The position numbers were made by a program, and so were the translations under genes. Positions 44,661-52,878 of a DNA stretch of 64,000 nucleotides are shown here, one piece after another. This DNA comes from an uncultured Gammaproteobacteria bacterium (GTDB taxonomy: Bacteria > Patescibacteriota > Microgenomatia > Levybacterales > UBA12049): the NCBI GenBank assembly GCA_964540055.1, contig CAZILC010000007.1, forward strand, positions 1,272 to 65,271, in the 5' to 3' direction. Position 1 is the stretch's first letter; each line of letters opens with the position of its first letter. The notes under the pieces are model-generated. The model saw only the letters and a program-made list of their open reading frames with translations, had not been told where the DNA came from and did not search any database.

Positions 44661-46667
44661 ATGAGTATTAAAAGTATCAGAAGCTTACAGTTTAAGTTTA
44701 AAATCTTTAAAAAAGAGAAAGGTCAGATGTTGGTTGAGCTGGTGATGGCGATTGGTATATCGGCAATTATTTTGCCTGCGCTTCTGACTGGATTGGTTGC
44801 TTCACGTCAAAGTAGACCACAACAGCAACAAAATTTACAGGCAACAGAGCTTTTTAAAGAAACGGTAAATGCATTACAACAAGTTAAAAATAATAGTTGG
44901 ACATCTTTTGCCGTTAATGGTACCTTTCATCCAGTAATATCAACCAGCCAATGGTCACTTGCATCGGGATCTGCAACCACAAATGGATTTACTCAAAGTA
45001 TAGTAATTTCTGATGTCAATAGAGATGCAAATGGCGTAATAACAACCTCGGGTGGTACGCTGGATCCTTCAACAAAAAAAGCCGTTATTACCATTTCCTG
45101 GACGCAGCCAAATGCTTCATCGATGACCGGGACATTGTATCTCACCAGAATAACCAATTTCACTTACACTGAAACTACAACAACAGATTTTAATAAAGGT
45201 ATTGCAAGCTCGACCAATATTGTCGCGACTGCTCCAAGCGGTACTCCCAGTGATGGGCAAGTACAGCTTGGTGCTGGAGGAGCAGGCGGAGACTGGTGTC
45301 AGCCGCAAAGTAATATCCTCAAGACCTTTGATCTGCCGGGGAGTGGTGTAGTTCAAAATATATACGCTACATCCAGTGCCTCAAGATATGCCTATGCGTA
45401 TACAACGACCGGTGGTAATGCATCAGGTGATGCGGTTGATGGCATAACTGTAGATAATAGTACCAGTCCGCCAACTGTTACAAATCCTTCAAGCAACAAT
45501 GAGGCAAAAGCTTATGGTATTTATGTTGATAATAGTAACAATTATGTTTATTTCAATGAGAATAATTCTCCAAATCACACCGTAAGGATTGCGAATGCAA
45601 GTAATTTATCTGCTGCTGGGTTTTTTGATGTCAGTCACACAACAGCTTCAAGTGTTTTTGTATCTGGTACAAAAGGTTATACCGTTGCAGGAAGTACGCT
45701 TTATGTATTTAGTGTTTCACCTTTAATTGGAGGAGGGCAGGCTCAACTTGGAAGTATTGCGCTTGATGGCACAGGAAATAAAGTTGTCGTTGTCGGAAAC
45801 AATGCTTATGTAGCCACATCAAATACCACAAAACAATTGGATATCATCAATGTCACAAATCCTGCCAGTATGTCCAAAACGAGTATCAATCTCGGAAATG
45901 GTGCTGGAGCAACGGATGTTTTTGTGAATGGATCTCAGACATTTGCGTATGTTGTCACCTCCTATGTTGCTGGTCAAAATGATTTCTTTATCGTTAGTTT
46001 GCCAAGCGGAAGTCCTCTGTATGGATATCAAACCCAAGGTGGCATGAGCCCGAATGCTCTTGAAATAGTGACTGGTAACAGAGCAATTATCGTCGGATCA
46101 GGTGGCACCTTGTATCAAGTATTTAATATAGCCAATCCCGCAGCAGCCGCGTATTGTGGGGGTATGAGTCCGGCCGGTGCTACAACAGTCAGAGCCGTAG
46201 CACCGATTTATCAAGGAGGACTCGCGTATTCGTATATACTCACTGATAATTCAGGAGCAGAATTTCAAATTGTCCAGGGCGGAGCAGGAGGAACATACTC
46301 ATCCAGTGGAACATTTGTTTCTCAAACTTATGATGCAGGATCGGATGTCGCATATAACCGTTTTATCGCCAATGTCACGCAGCCTGCTGCGACAAGCATA
46401 TCCGCGCAAGTTGCAGTTGCGCCATCAATCAGCAACAGTTGCACGGGTGTCAGTAATTTTACTTTTATCGGACCAAATGGATCAACGGCTGCTAGTGATG
46501 TCTATTCCGTAGGTGGTACTCAAATTACCGGATTGATTCCTCTTAAAACAGTAAGCCCCTATTATCAAAATCCAAAGCAATGTTTCCGATATAAATTTTA
46601 TTTTTCAAGCAATGACCAAACGCAAACGCCCGAGTTATATGATTTCAATGTGAATTATTCGAATTGA
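44661..46667 (+). CDS. Giant pilin-like protein with predicted beta-propeller (LVIVD-like repeats)
   Basis: 668 aa. N-terminal pilin-like KEKG|QMLVELVMAIGISAIILPALL (Glu at +5). The central region has repeats of the form GN-AYVAT...LDIINVTNPASM / FAYVVTS...FFIVSL. Confidence 0.7.
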   Translation: MSIKSIRSLQFKFKIFKKEKGQMLVELVMAIGISAIILPALLTGLVASRQSRPQQQQNLQATELFKETVNALQQVKNNSWTSFAVNGTFHPVISTSQWSLASGSATTNGFTQSIVISDVNRDANGVITTSGGTLDPSTKKAVITISWTQPNASSMTGTLYLTRITNFTYTETTTTDFNKGIASSTNIVATAPSGTPSDGQVQLGAGGAGGDWCQPQSNILKTFDLPGSGVVQNIYATSSASRYAYAYTTTGGNASGDAVDGITVDNSTSPPTVTNPSSNNEAKAYGIYVDNSNNYVYFNENNSPNHTVRIANASNLSAAGFFDVSHTTASSVFVSGTKGYTVAGSTLYVFSVSPLIGGGQAQLGSIALDGTGNKVVVVGNNAYVATSNTTKQLDIINVTNPASMSKTSINLGNGAGATDVFVNGSQTFAYVVTSYVAGQNDFFIVSLPSGSPLYGYQTQGGMSPNALEIVTGNRAIIVGSGGTLYQVFNIANPAAAAYCGGMSPAGATTVRAVAPIYQGGLAYSYILTDNSGAEFQIVQGGAGGTYSSSGTFVSQTYDAGSDVAYNRFIANVTQPAATSISAQVAVAPSISNSCTGVSNFTFIGPNGSTAASDVYSVGGTQITGLIPLKTVSPYYQNPKQCFRYKFYFSSNDQTQTPELYDFNVNYSN

Positions 46668-46673
46668 GAAAAT

Positions 46674-47189
46674 ATGTTTAGCAATAAGTTTTTACTCAAA
46701 CAAAAAGGATATACGTTAATTGAACTTGTCATTTATATCGGCATTTTGGCGATTCTTTTGGGTGTTTTAAGCTCAATTTTTACATCAATTGTCGATGTAC
46801 AACTTGAATCTTCCGCTACATCAAGTGTTAATCAGGATGGCCGTTATTTGTTATCGAAGTTAGTTTATGATGTCAAAAATGCCAGCGCTATTGTCGTCCC
46901 ATCAACGCCCGGCACCTCATCAAGTACTTTGCAATTGACAATAAATTCTATAAACTATACTTACAGCGTCAACGGAAGTAGTAATTTGCAAGTTGTAAAT
47001 GGAACTACCGGTGAAACAAATGTGCTGAATAGTTATGACACGTCAGTTTCAGGATTGACGTTTTTGCATATTGGAAATGGTGGAAGTTCTGACAATGTCA
47101 GAGTTTCATTTACCGTAACAGGGAAAACAATTGAAAGAAACGGAGTGCATGAAACGAAAAGCTTTCAAACAACGCTTGGAAGCCAGTAA
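46674..47189 (+). CDS. Prepilin-type N-terminal cleavage/methylation domain protein (minor pilin)
   Basis: 171 aa. Class III signal LKQKG|YTLIELVIYIGILAILLG. Confidence 0.8.
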   Translation: MFSNKFLLKQKGYTLIELVIYIGILAILLGVLSSIFTSIVDVQLESSATSSVNQDGRYLLSKLVYDVKNASAIVVPSTPGTSSSTLQLTINSINYTYSVNGSSNLQVVNGTTGETNVLNSYDTSVSGLTFLHIGNGGSSDNVRVSFTVTGKTIERNGVHETKSFQTTLGSQ

Positions 47190-47206
47190 GGACAGGAGGT
47201 TTAGAG

Positions 47207-47605
47207 ATGAAAATTAAGTTTTCCCAGCGCGGTCAGGCGCTTATAACACTATTATTTTTTACTATTATCGGAGTAACCATTACATCAACAGCTGTTGCGA
47301 TGATTCTGGTTAATTCACTAAGCGGATCCAAGCAGCAGCAAGGGGAGATAGCTTATGAAATCGCTCAAAGTGGCGCGGAAAATGCGCTCATTCGGCTATT
47401 AAGAAATCCGAGTTATACGAGTGAAACATTGCCTGTTGGAAGCGGGACAGCGACAATTACGGTGACCGGAAGCGGTACAAGTGGTGATCCATATATTATA
47501 TTGTCAAAAGGAACAACGGGTATTTTTATTCGAGAAGTACAAGTAACGGCGACCTATCAAAGTAATTTATTGACGGTTGTCTCTAGAAAGGAAGTATATA
47601 ATTAA
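47207..47605 (+). CDS. Pilin-like protein lacking Glu+5 (PilX-like minor pilin)
   Basis: 132 aa. SQRG|QALITLLFFTIIGVTITS hydrophobic N-terminus. Strong Shine-Dalgarno AGGAGG 7 nt upstream. Confidence 0.6.
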   Translation: MKIKFSQRGQALITLLFFTIIGVTITSTAVAMILVNSLSGSKQQQGEIAYEIAQSGAENALIRLLRNPSYTSETLPVGSGTATITVTGSGTSGDPYIILSKGTTGIFIREVQVTATYQSNLLTVVSRKEVYN

Positions 47606-48744
47606 TGACTGAGAAGGCAAGTGTTATTTTTATTCAAAAGGATAAATTCCAGTTTTTTTCACCTGTTACTGGCAAGGTATTTGAATTCCGTTTTGCATCT
47701 GAAATGGTCCGGGATCTTGATGTGATAAATGCGGAGCTTTTAGAGAGTCAGATAAAAGTATTTGTCACCAATGGAAAAATTTCTCCAGGTAATCTTATCT
47801 TTGCCCTCGCGGAAAATGCTTATTTCGCCAAAGATTTTGTTCAGCCCGCGCCTGTCAAAGGTACTGCATCGCAGCCAGCCGTAAATCCTGAAATATTTCA
47901 AAAGCAGGCCGATGAATTCATCGAGCATGTGCCTTTTGATAATGTAGTCAGTAAAACGATTCCACTTAAGGACGGGATAAAAGTTGTCGCGACAAATAAA
48001 GATTTTTATGAAGCAGTCGCAATTTCATTTGAGCATCTGGGTTTCACTATTGAAAGTGTGCTGCCTGGATTGGTTCTGGGCAATGGATTGAGCCAACGCC
48101 CGGTCATGGATCCGCCAATGGCCAATTTAATTTTGCAAAAAGTGAATACGCTCAGGCAATATAATTTGCTCAACCAACAAGTCTATACTCCACTCGTCAA
48201 GCAGGAGACTGAAGAAGTCGACGAAGTAGAGATTGAAAGTAAAGATCCAAAAAAAGCAAATAAAAAAAGTATCTACGCACTCATAGGAATTGCACCTGTT
48301 GTGATTGGCTTATTTGTAGTTTTGTATATGCAAATGACCGCGCCTCCTCCAAAATGGAAAACGGAAGCAAATCCGACGGGTCCTGCCGTTAAAAATACTG
48401 CAGTACCTACTGTGCAAGTTACAGCTTTACCAAATAGTACTTCAGCATCTGCGTCAGGTAGTCTGCAGACACAAACTTTGACGGTCCAGATTGCCAGTAC
48501 AGCAACTTCGGCTAGTATTGCACAGAAATTACTTGGACAGCTTGATACTTTAAAATTCAAAAGCGTGAGTTTGCAATCCCAAAGTACCGTCTCAAGCGGC
48601 TCAACTCTCGTTTCGTTTGCACCAACTGTCACACCTGATGTTCGAAATGCAGTTCTGGCCTATATCAAACAATCCGAGACAAATGTCATCGTCCAGGACA
48701 AGCAGCTCGGGACTTTTGATATCTCAATTGTATTGGGACAGTGA
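47605..48744 (+). CDS. Pilus-locus bitopic membrane protein (PilM/PilN-like N-part, LytR_C-like C-part)
   Basis: 379 aa. Cytoplasmic N-domain with a PilM-like segment (GIKVVATNKDFYEAVAISFEHLGFTIESVLPG), one TM (IYALIGIAPVVIGLFVVLY) and an S/T/A/P-rich linker. The C-terminal ~90 aa resemble a LytR_C fold. Start overlaps the upstream stop (ATGA-type). Confidence 0.45.
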   Translation: MTEKASVIFIQKDKFQFFSPVTGKVFEFRFASEMVRDLDVINAELLESQIKVFVTNGKISPGNLIFALAENAYFAKDFVQPAPVKGTASQPAVNPEIFQKQADEFIEHVPFDNVVSKTIPLKDGIKVVATNKDFYEAVAISFEHLGFTIESVLPGLVLGNGLSQRPVMDPPMANLILQKVNTLRQYNLLNQQVYTPLVKQETEEVDEVEIESKDPKKANKKSIYALIGIAPVVIGLFVVLYMQMTAPPPKWKTEANPTGPAVKNTAVPTVQVTALPNSTSASASGSLQTQTLTVQIASTATSASIAQKLLGQLDTLKFKSVSLQSQSTVSSGSTLVSFAPTVTPDVRNAVLAYIKQSETNVIVQDKQLGTFDISIVLGQ

Positions 48745-48779
48745 TCTCATCCATTCGTATTTTTTCTAATTTTGCTCTA

Positions 48780-48809
48780 TTGACAGAGGATGAGTATCTC
48801 AGATAAGAT
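48780..48809 (+). promoter_or_regulatory. Pilin promoter, copy 1
   Basis: TTGACA-18 nt-TAAGAT, then an 18-nt leader to the ATG at 48828. Same architecture as copy 2. Confidence 0.6.
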
Positions 48810-49016
48810 TTATTTAGATTTAAAAATATGACTGCCAAAATGTTTAAAAGTCCAAAAGGTTTCACACTCATCGAGTTACTCGTAGTTATCGGTATCCTCG
48901 CAATCCTTCTCGCTATTACCCTTATCGCTATCAATCCAGCGCGACAATTCGGTCAAGCAAATGACACAAAGAGACGAAGTGATATTAATGCAATCTTGAA
49001 TGCTATTGGCCAATAT
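48780..49016 (+). repeat. Duplicated pilin 5' block, copy 1 (promoter + 5' UTR + first 63 codons)
   Basis: Aligns base-for-base with 50790-51026. In the 189 coding nt I count 14 differences, all at third codon positions, and the 63 aa are identical. Confidence 0.9.
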
Positions 49017-49307
49017 ACAGCTTCAAATACAGGTAATCTTCCTCCAGAAATCCAAACTTTAAAGACAACTAGTCCAGGAGTTGCAACAATGTTGAACGAC
49101 ACGAATTTTCCTAATCTTTGCGGTCAGCTAGTACCGACATATATTCCAGCTCTTCCAACAGATCCATCTTTGAACACTCAAGCAGGTATCTCATCTTGTG
49201 CAGGTACTTGGGGTAATACTGACTATCAAATTTCAGTAGATGCAAATGGAAGAATAACAGTTACTGCACCAACTGCATATCAAGGGCCCATTACAGTTAC
49301 CAGATAA
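48828..49307 (+). CDS. Major type IV pilin (PulG/ComGC-like), paralog 1
   Basis: 159 aa. MTAKMFKSPKG|FTLIELLVVIGILAILLAITLIAINPARQFGQANDTKRRSDINAILNAIGQY. C-terminal Cys pair (NLC...SSC). Own promoter and strong terminator. Confidence 0.9.
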   Translation: MTAKMFKSPKGFTLIELLVVIGILAILLAITLIAINPARQFGQANDTKRRSDINAILNAIGQYTASNTGNLPPEIQTLKTTSPGVATMLNDTNFPNLCGQLVPTYIPALPTDPSLNTQAGISSCAGTWGNTDYQISVDANGRITVTAPTAYQGPITVTR

Positions 49308-49333
49308 GAGTTAATGATTGCAAAAAAACGAAG

Positions 49334-49354
49334 CCACCGAAAGGTGGTTTTTTT
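49334..49354 (+). terminator. Rho-independent terminator
   Basis: CCACC-GAAA-GGTGG followed by TTTTTTT. The same hairpin sequence follows pilin paralog 2. Confidence 0.8.
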
Positions 49355-49372
49355 GTATAATAGAGTAACTAT

Positions 49373-50254
49373 ATGAATATAAATCAATTACATAAAATAA
49401 AATGGGAAGACTCAATTTGGTTTTCGGATGTTGATGATACACTCATTACTACCGCTGACAGTTCAATCCCTGCATCTATCGGTATTAAAGATGTTTTTAC
49501 GGCCCGATTCGGAAGTAGTACTGGCGAACAAGTGCAAAAGGAATTTATATCTATATTTTCTACAATGCTTTCAGTTCATCGTGGAAGAGAATCGACGCAA
49601 GAATATCACGCACTGCTTCGTGAAATTGAAAATTATCAAAAAGATTATCCACCAGAATACGGAAAGCCGAAGAAATGGAGTAGAGAGATCTTTTTGGCAA
49701 TTGCGGCAAAGCGATTAAGCGTTCCCGTTTCTACGGAACTACTGAGCGAAGCGATAGATGCTTACTGGATGCAGCTGACGCAGATTGCTGATATTATTCC
49801 AGGGGTTCATGAATTGGTAGCAGAAATCACAAAGCATAAAAGGCCATTGTATTTGGTAACAGGGAGTGATGCTCGACTTACGCTGGATAAGGATGGAAAT
49901 TTTACCTATGATCCAGCTTTTTCCGAGGCATTTAAACGTGAAAGAGTAGCATATCTAAGACAGCGCGGTTTACACTTCAACCTTGTTTCGATCGGAGATC
50001 CGGAAGACAAGCCGCATCGGGATTTTTTTGAGAAAGCTGTCCGAATGGCTGAAAGTGACCTAGGTAAAAAAATAAACTTATCAAATGCTATTATCTTCGG
50101 TGATTCCTTTGCTGCAGATCTGCAGACACCCAAAGATCATATGGGATTTGGTTTGGTGGTTTTATACCAAGAAGGCAAAAAAGATACAGAAATTATCGAT
50201 GAACATCAGATTACTACCGGAAACATTGCAACAATCACCGAATATTTAGATTAA
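49373..50254 (+). CDS. HAD superfamily hydrolase
   Basis: 293 aa. Motif I FSDVDDTLITT (DxDxT), motif II VTGSD, motif IV GDSFAADL. Confidence 0.75.
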   Translation: MNINQLHKIKWEDSIWFSDVDDTLITTADSSIPASIGIKDVFTARFGSSTGEQVQKEFISIFSTMLSVHRGRESTQEYHALLREIENYQKDYPPEYGKPKKWSREIFLAIAAKRLSVPVSTELLSEAIDAYWMQLTQIADIIPGVHELVAEITKHKRPLYLVTGSDARLTLDKDGNFTYDPAFSEAFKRERVAYLRQRGLHFNLVSIGDPEDKPHRDFFEKAVRMAESDLGKKINLSNAIIFGDSFAADLQTPKDHMGFGLVVLYQEGKKDTEIIDEHQITTGNIATITEYLD

Positions 50255-50277
50255 TAAATGTAAATCTATCTGAGAAA

Positions 50278-50547
50278 TTATTTCTTTTTCTTCTTTGCTT
50301 TTGAGGATTTAGAGGCTTTTGATACTTTTGCCGGTTCGTCGTGTTTGGTTTGTCCTGTGAGATAGAGAAGTCCTACGAGGAAACCTCCTCCGACTATTGC
50401 GAAAAGTACATAGTTTCGAAGTGCATTCGGATCATCTTGAAAAGCTGCTTGATTGGTCCAAAATTTATAGAAAATCACAAAAGCTATCGCCAGAATAAGA
50501 AGGCCTGCAATTGCTTTTGCGTTATTTACATGATGTGGTTTTGCCAT
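50278..50547 (-). CDS. Small two-TM membrane protein with poly-Lys C-terminus
   Basis: 89 aa. Two hydrophobic helices, then KVSKASKSSKAKKKKK. No family recognised. Confidence 0.5.
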   Translation of the reverse strand: MAKPHHVNNAKAIAGLLILAIAFVIFYKFWTNQAAFQDDPNALRNYVLFAIVGGGFLVGLLYLTGQTKHDEPAKVSKASKSSKAKKKKK

Positions 50548-50789
50548 ACAATAATATTAAGACAGATCGATTAGTAGAGTGTCAAGAGATCAAAGTAGAA
50601 CAGATTATAAAATTTACAACTTTCAATGAATGATTCATTTATTCAATGTTTGAAACATTTTTTCATCGGAAATTGATCTGTCTGTCGGCAGATAGGTTGA
50701 AAATTGAAAATTATGTCATTGAAAGATTGTATTGTAGAGTTAATACTACATTGATACTTTTGATATCCTTTTTCTTACAACCAAACTAC

Positions 50790-50819
50790 TTGACAACAGT
50801 TGAGTAAGTTCGCTAAGAT
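50790..50819 (+). promoter_or_regulatory. Pilin promoter, copy 2
   Basis: TTGACA-18 nt-TAAGAT, then an 18-nt leader to the ATG at 50838. Confidence 0.6.
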
Positions 50820-51026
50820 TTATGTAGATTAAAAAATATGACTGCCAAAATGTTTAAAAGTCCAAAAGGTTTCACACTTATCGAATTACTCGTTGTTATC
50901 GGTATCCTCGCAATTCTTCTTGCTATTACCCTTATCGCTATCAATCCAGCACGCCAATTTGGTCAGGCAAATGACACAAAGAGACGAAGTGACATTAATG
51001 CGATTTTGAATGCGATTGGCCAATAC
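50790..51026 (+). repeat. Duplicated pilin 5' block, copy 2
   Basis: See copy 1 (48780-49016). Confidence 0.9.
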
Positions 51027-51299
51027 GCGGCATCAAATTCAGGAAATATTCCTACACAAATTACAACTACTGCTACTGATCTTAGTAGTACGACTGCCTT
51101 AGCGCCACTGTGTGCATTATTAGTTCCAACGTATCTCCCAGCACTTCCTGTAGATCCAGCAGGGAACAATCAAGCTGGTGTTGATCAAGCAGGATGTGCA
51201 GGAGCATGGGATACACAATATTCTATCGTTAAAGATGCAAATAACAGAATAACAGTATCTGCTACTGGGTACTCTGGAGCAATTAGTGTTACCAGATAA
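50838..51299 (+). CDS. Major type IV pilin (PulG/ComGC-like), paralog 2
   Basis: 153 aa. The first 63 aa are identical to paralog 1. It diverges afterwards but keeps LVPTY(I/L)PALP-DP and the Cys pair, and ends ISVTR (paralog 1 ends ITVTR). Confidence 0.9.
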   Translation: MTAKMFKSPKGFTLIELLVVIGILAILLAITLIAINPARQFGQANDTKRRSDINAILNAIGQYAASNSGNIPTQITTTATDLSSTTALAPLCALLVPTYLPALPVDPAGNNQAGVDQAGCAGAWDTQYSIVKDANNRITVSATGYSGAISVTR

Positions 51300-51325
51300 A
51301 AATTCGATACTTATAATCTATTAGA

Positions 51326-51345
51326 CCACCGAAAGGTGGTTTTTT
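51326..51345 (+). terminator. Rho-independent terminator
   Basis: CCACC-GAAA-GGTGG followed by TTTTTT. Identical hairpin to 49334-49347. Confidence 0.8.
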
Positions 51346-51384
51346 GTTTGGATTATCAATATAATTTTAGTATACTAAGTACAT

Positions 51385-51765
51385 ATGGCAAAAATTCTCC
51401 TTGCAGAAGACGATCAATTTATCCGGGATATTTACACGGAAGTTCTTAAAAGTGCAGGTTTTGATACCACAACTGCAATTGATGGACAAGACGCACTCAC
51501 CAAAATCAAAAAAGGTGGATGGGACGCGGTGCTTATTGATAATGTAATGCCGGTGATGACAGGTGTTGAAGTGTTAAAGTCTCTCAAAAAAGAAGAAATT
51601 CATATCTTAGCGAAATATATAATTCTTATGACCAATACTGAAGAAACGCATGAATTGGGTGATATTACTGGAATGTACGATAATTATGTGCTCAAAAGTG
51701 CTATAACACCTGCAGATCTTATCGCAAGAATTAAAAAAGGACTTGAGAAGGTAGAAACAAAATAG
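51385..51765 (+). CDS. Single-domain response regulator (CheY-like receiver)
   Basis: 126 aa. ILLAEDD, acceptor region AVLIDNVMPVMTG, conserved Thr (LMTN) and Lys (YVLKS). Confidence 0.85.
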   Translation: MAKILLAEDDQFIRDIYTEVLKSAGFDTTTAIDGQDALTKIKKGGWDAVLIDNVMPVMTGVEVLKSLKKEEIHILAKYIILMTNTEETHELGDITGMYDNYVLKSAITPADLIARIKKGLEKVETK

Positions 51766-51766
51766 T

Positions 51767-52822
51767 TTATTTCTTCTTAACGGGTTCGGCCAATTGGTTT
51801 TTGAACCAATCCACATCCGGATTTGTGGCAGGATTCTGTTCGTATGCGAGTCCGAGATAAAGTGTTAAAAAACTTCCATATAAAAGTACTTCCAAAAAAT
51901 CATCATATAACGATTGTCCACTCGTGGTGAATTCATGAACAGGATATTTGTACTTTTGTACAACTTGCATAGTTAATTCGACACGCTTTCTGATTTTTTC
52001 TGAATAATTAGGAGAATCGATCACGATAAAATGTAAAGGAGCGTTTGTGGGGAACTGCAAACCTTCCATTAAATGATGGTTGAGATCAGGGATAAGGTAA
52101 AAGGCTGAAAAAGTCTTACTCGTTTCATTGAACTGGTTACGCAGTATCTGTGCGTTGCCTGAGAGATGTTCGGCTGAAAAAACTATTGGAATTTGATTAA
52201 TGAATAGTTCGTGATCAGTGAGCGCTTGCTGTTTGATATCGGCAAACTTTTCCTTCATTCTAGTAATAGCCTGGGTAATTTCCTCTTCTTCAATATCAAT
52301 TACATTGGTTTTGTTGAGAATCCCCATTAAGCCCAGGATGGAATACCCTGTACCAAGACGTGGGACATTACCACTGTTTAATTTGCCGTCAAAGATATAT
52401 GCAGGTACGTTATTATCCTTCGCAAATTCAGCTAAAGGGCCGCCTTTAGTCAGAACAATCATCTTGGCTTTTTTCGCTTTTGCCTCTTCAGCACAAGAAA
52501 GTACTTCCTCTGTTGTGCCTGAATAGCTTGTTAAAACAACCAAAGTATTATCATCGACATAATCGGGAAGATAATAGTCCTGGATGACTTCTGTTGGGAA
52601 TTGGATTTCAGTACCCAGTATAGATTTTAGAACATAAAATCCATATCCTGAAGCACCCATTCCACAAAAAACTACTTTTTTGATATTTTCAATTTTGGGG
52701 ACATCAAGCTTATTAACTTGATCCCATGCAGCTTCACATTGATCCAGCAGTTTCTCAATAGTTCCGACAGTATCTACGGGATCAAGCTTTTTAATTTTTT
52801 CTGTATCGTTAAGATCTAACAT
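51767..52822 (-). CDS. Bifunctional phosphoglucose/phosphomannose isomerase (SIS domain type)
   Basis: 351 aa. SIS motifs CGMGASGYG and TSYSGTTEE, with the C-terminal region typical of the archaeal/bacterial PGI-PMI family. Confidence 0.75.
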   Translation of the reverse strand: MLDLNDTEKIKKLDPVDTVGTIEKLLDQCEAAWDQVNKLDVPKIENIKKVVFCGMGASGYGFYVLKSILGTEIQFPTEVIQDYYLPDYVDDNTLVVLTSYSGTTEEVLSCAEEAKAKKAKMIVLTKGGPLAEFAKDNNVPAYIFDGKLNSGNVPRLGTGYSILGLMGILNKTNVIDIEEEEITQAITRMKEKFADIKQQALTDHELFINQIPIVFSAEHLSGNAQILRNQFNETSKTFSAFYLIPDLNHHLMEGLQFPTNAPLHFIVIDSPNYSEKIRKRVELTMQVVQKYKYPVHEFTTSGQSLYDDFLEVLLYGSFLTLYLGLAYEQNPATNPDVDWFKNQLAEPVKKK

Positions 52823-52878
52823 AGAAGAATACAGTTTATTGTAACTTATTTTTAGTCTCTCTTCAACCTGTGAAACAA

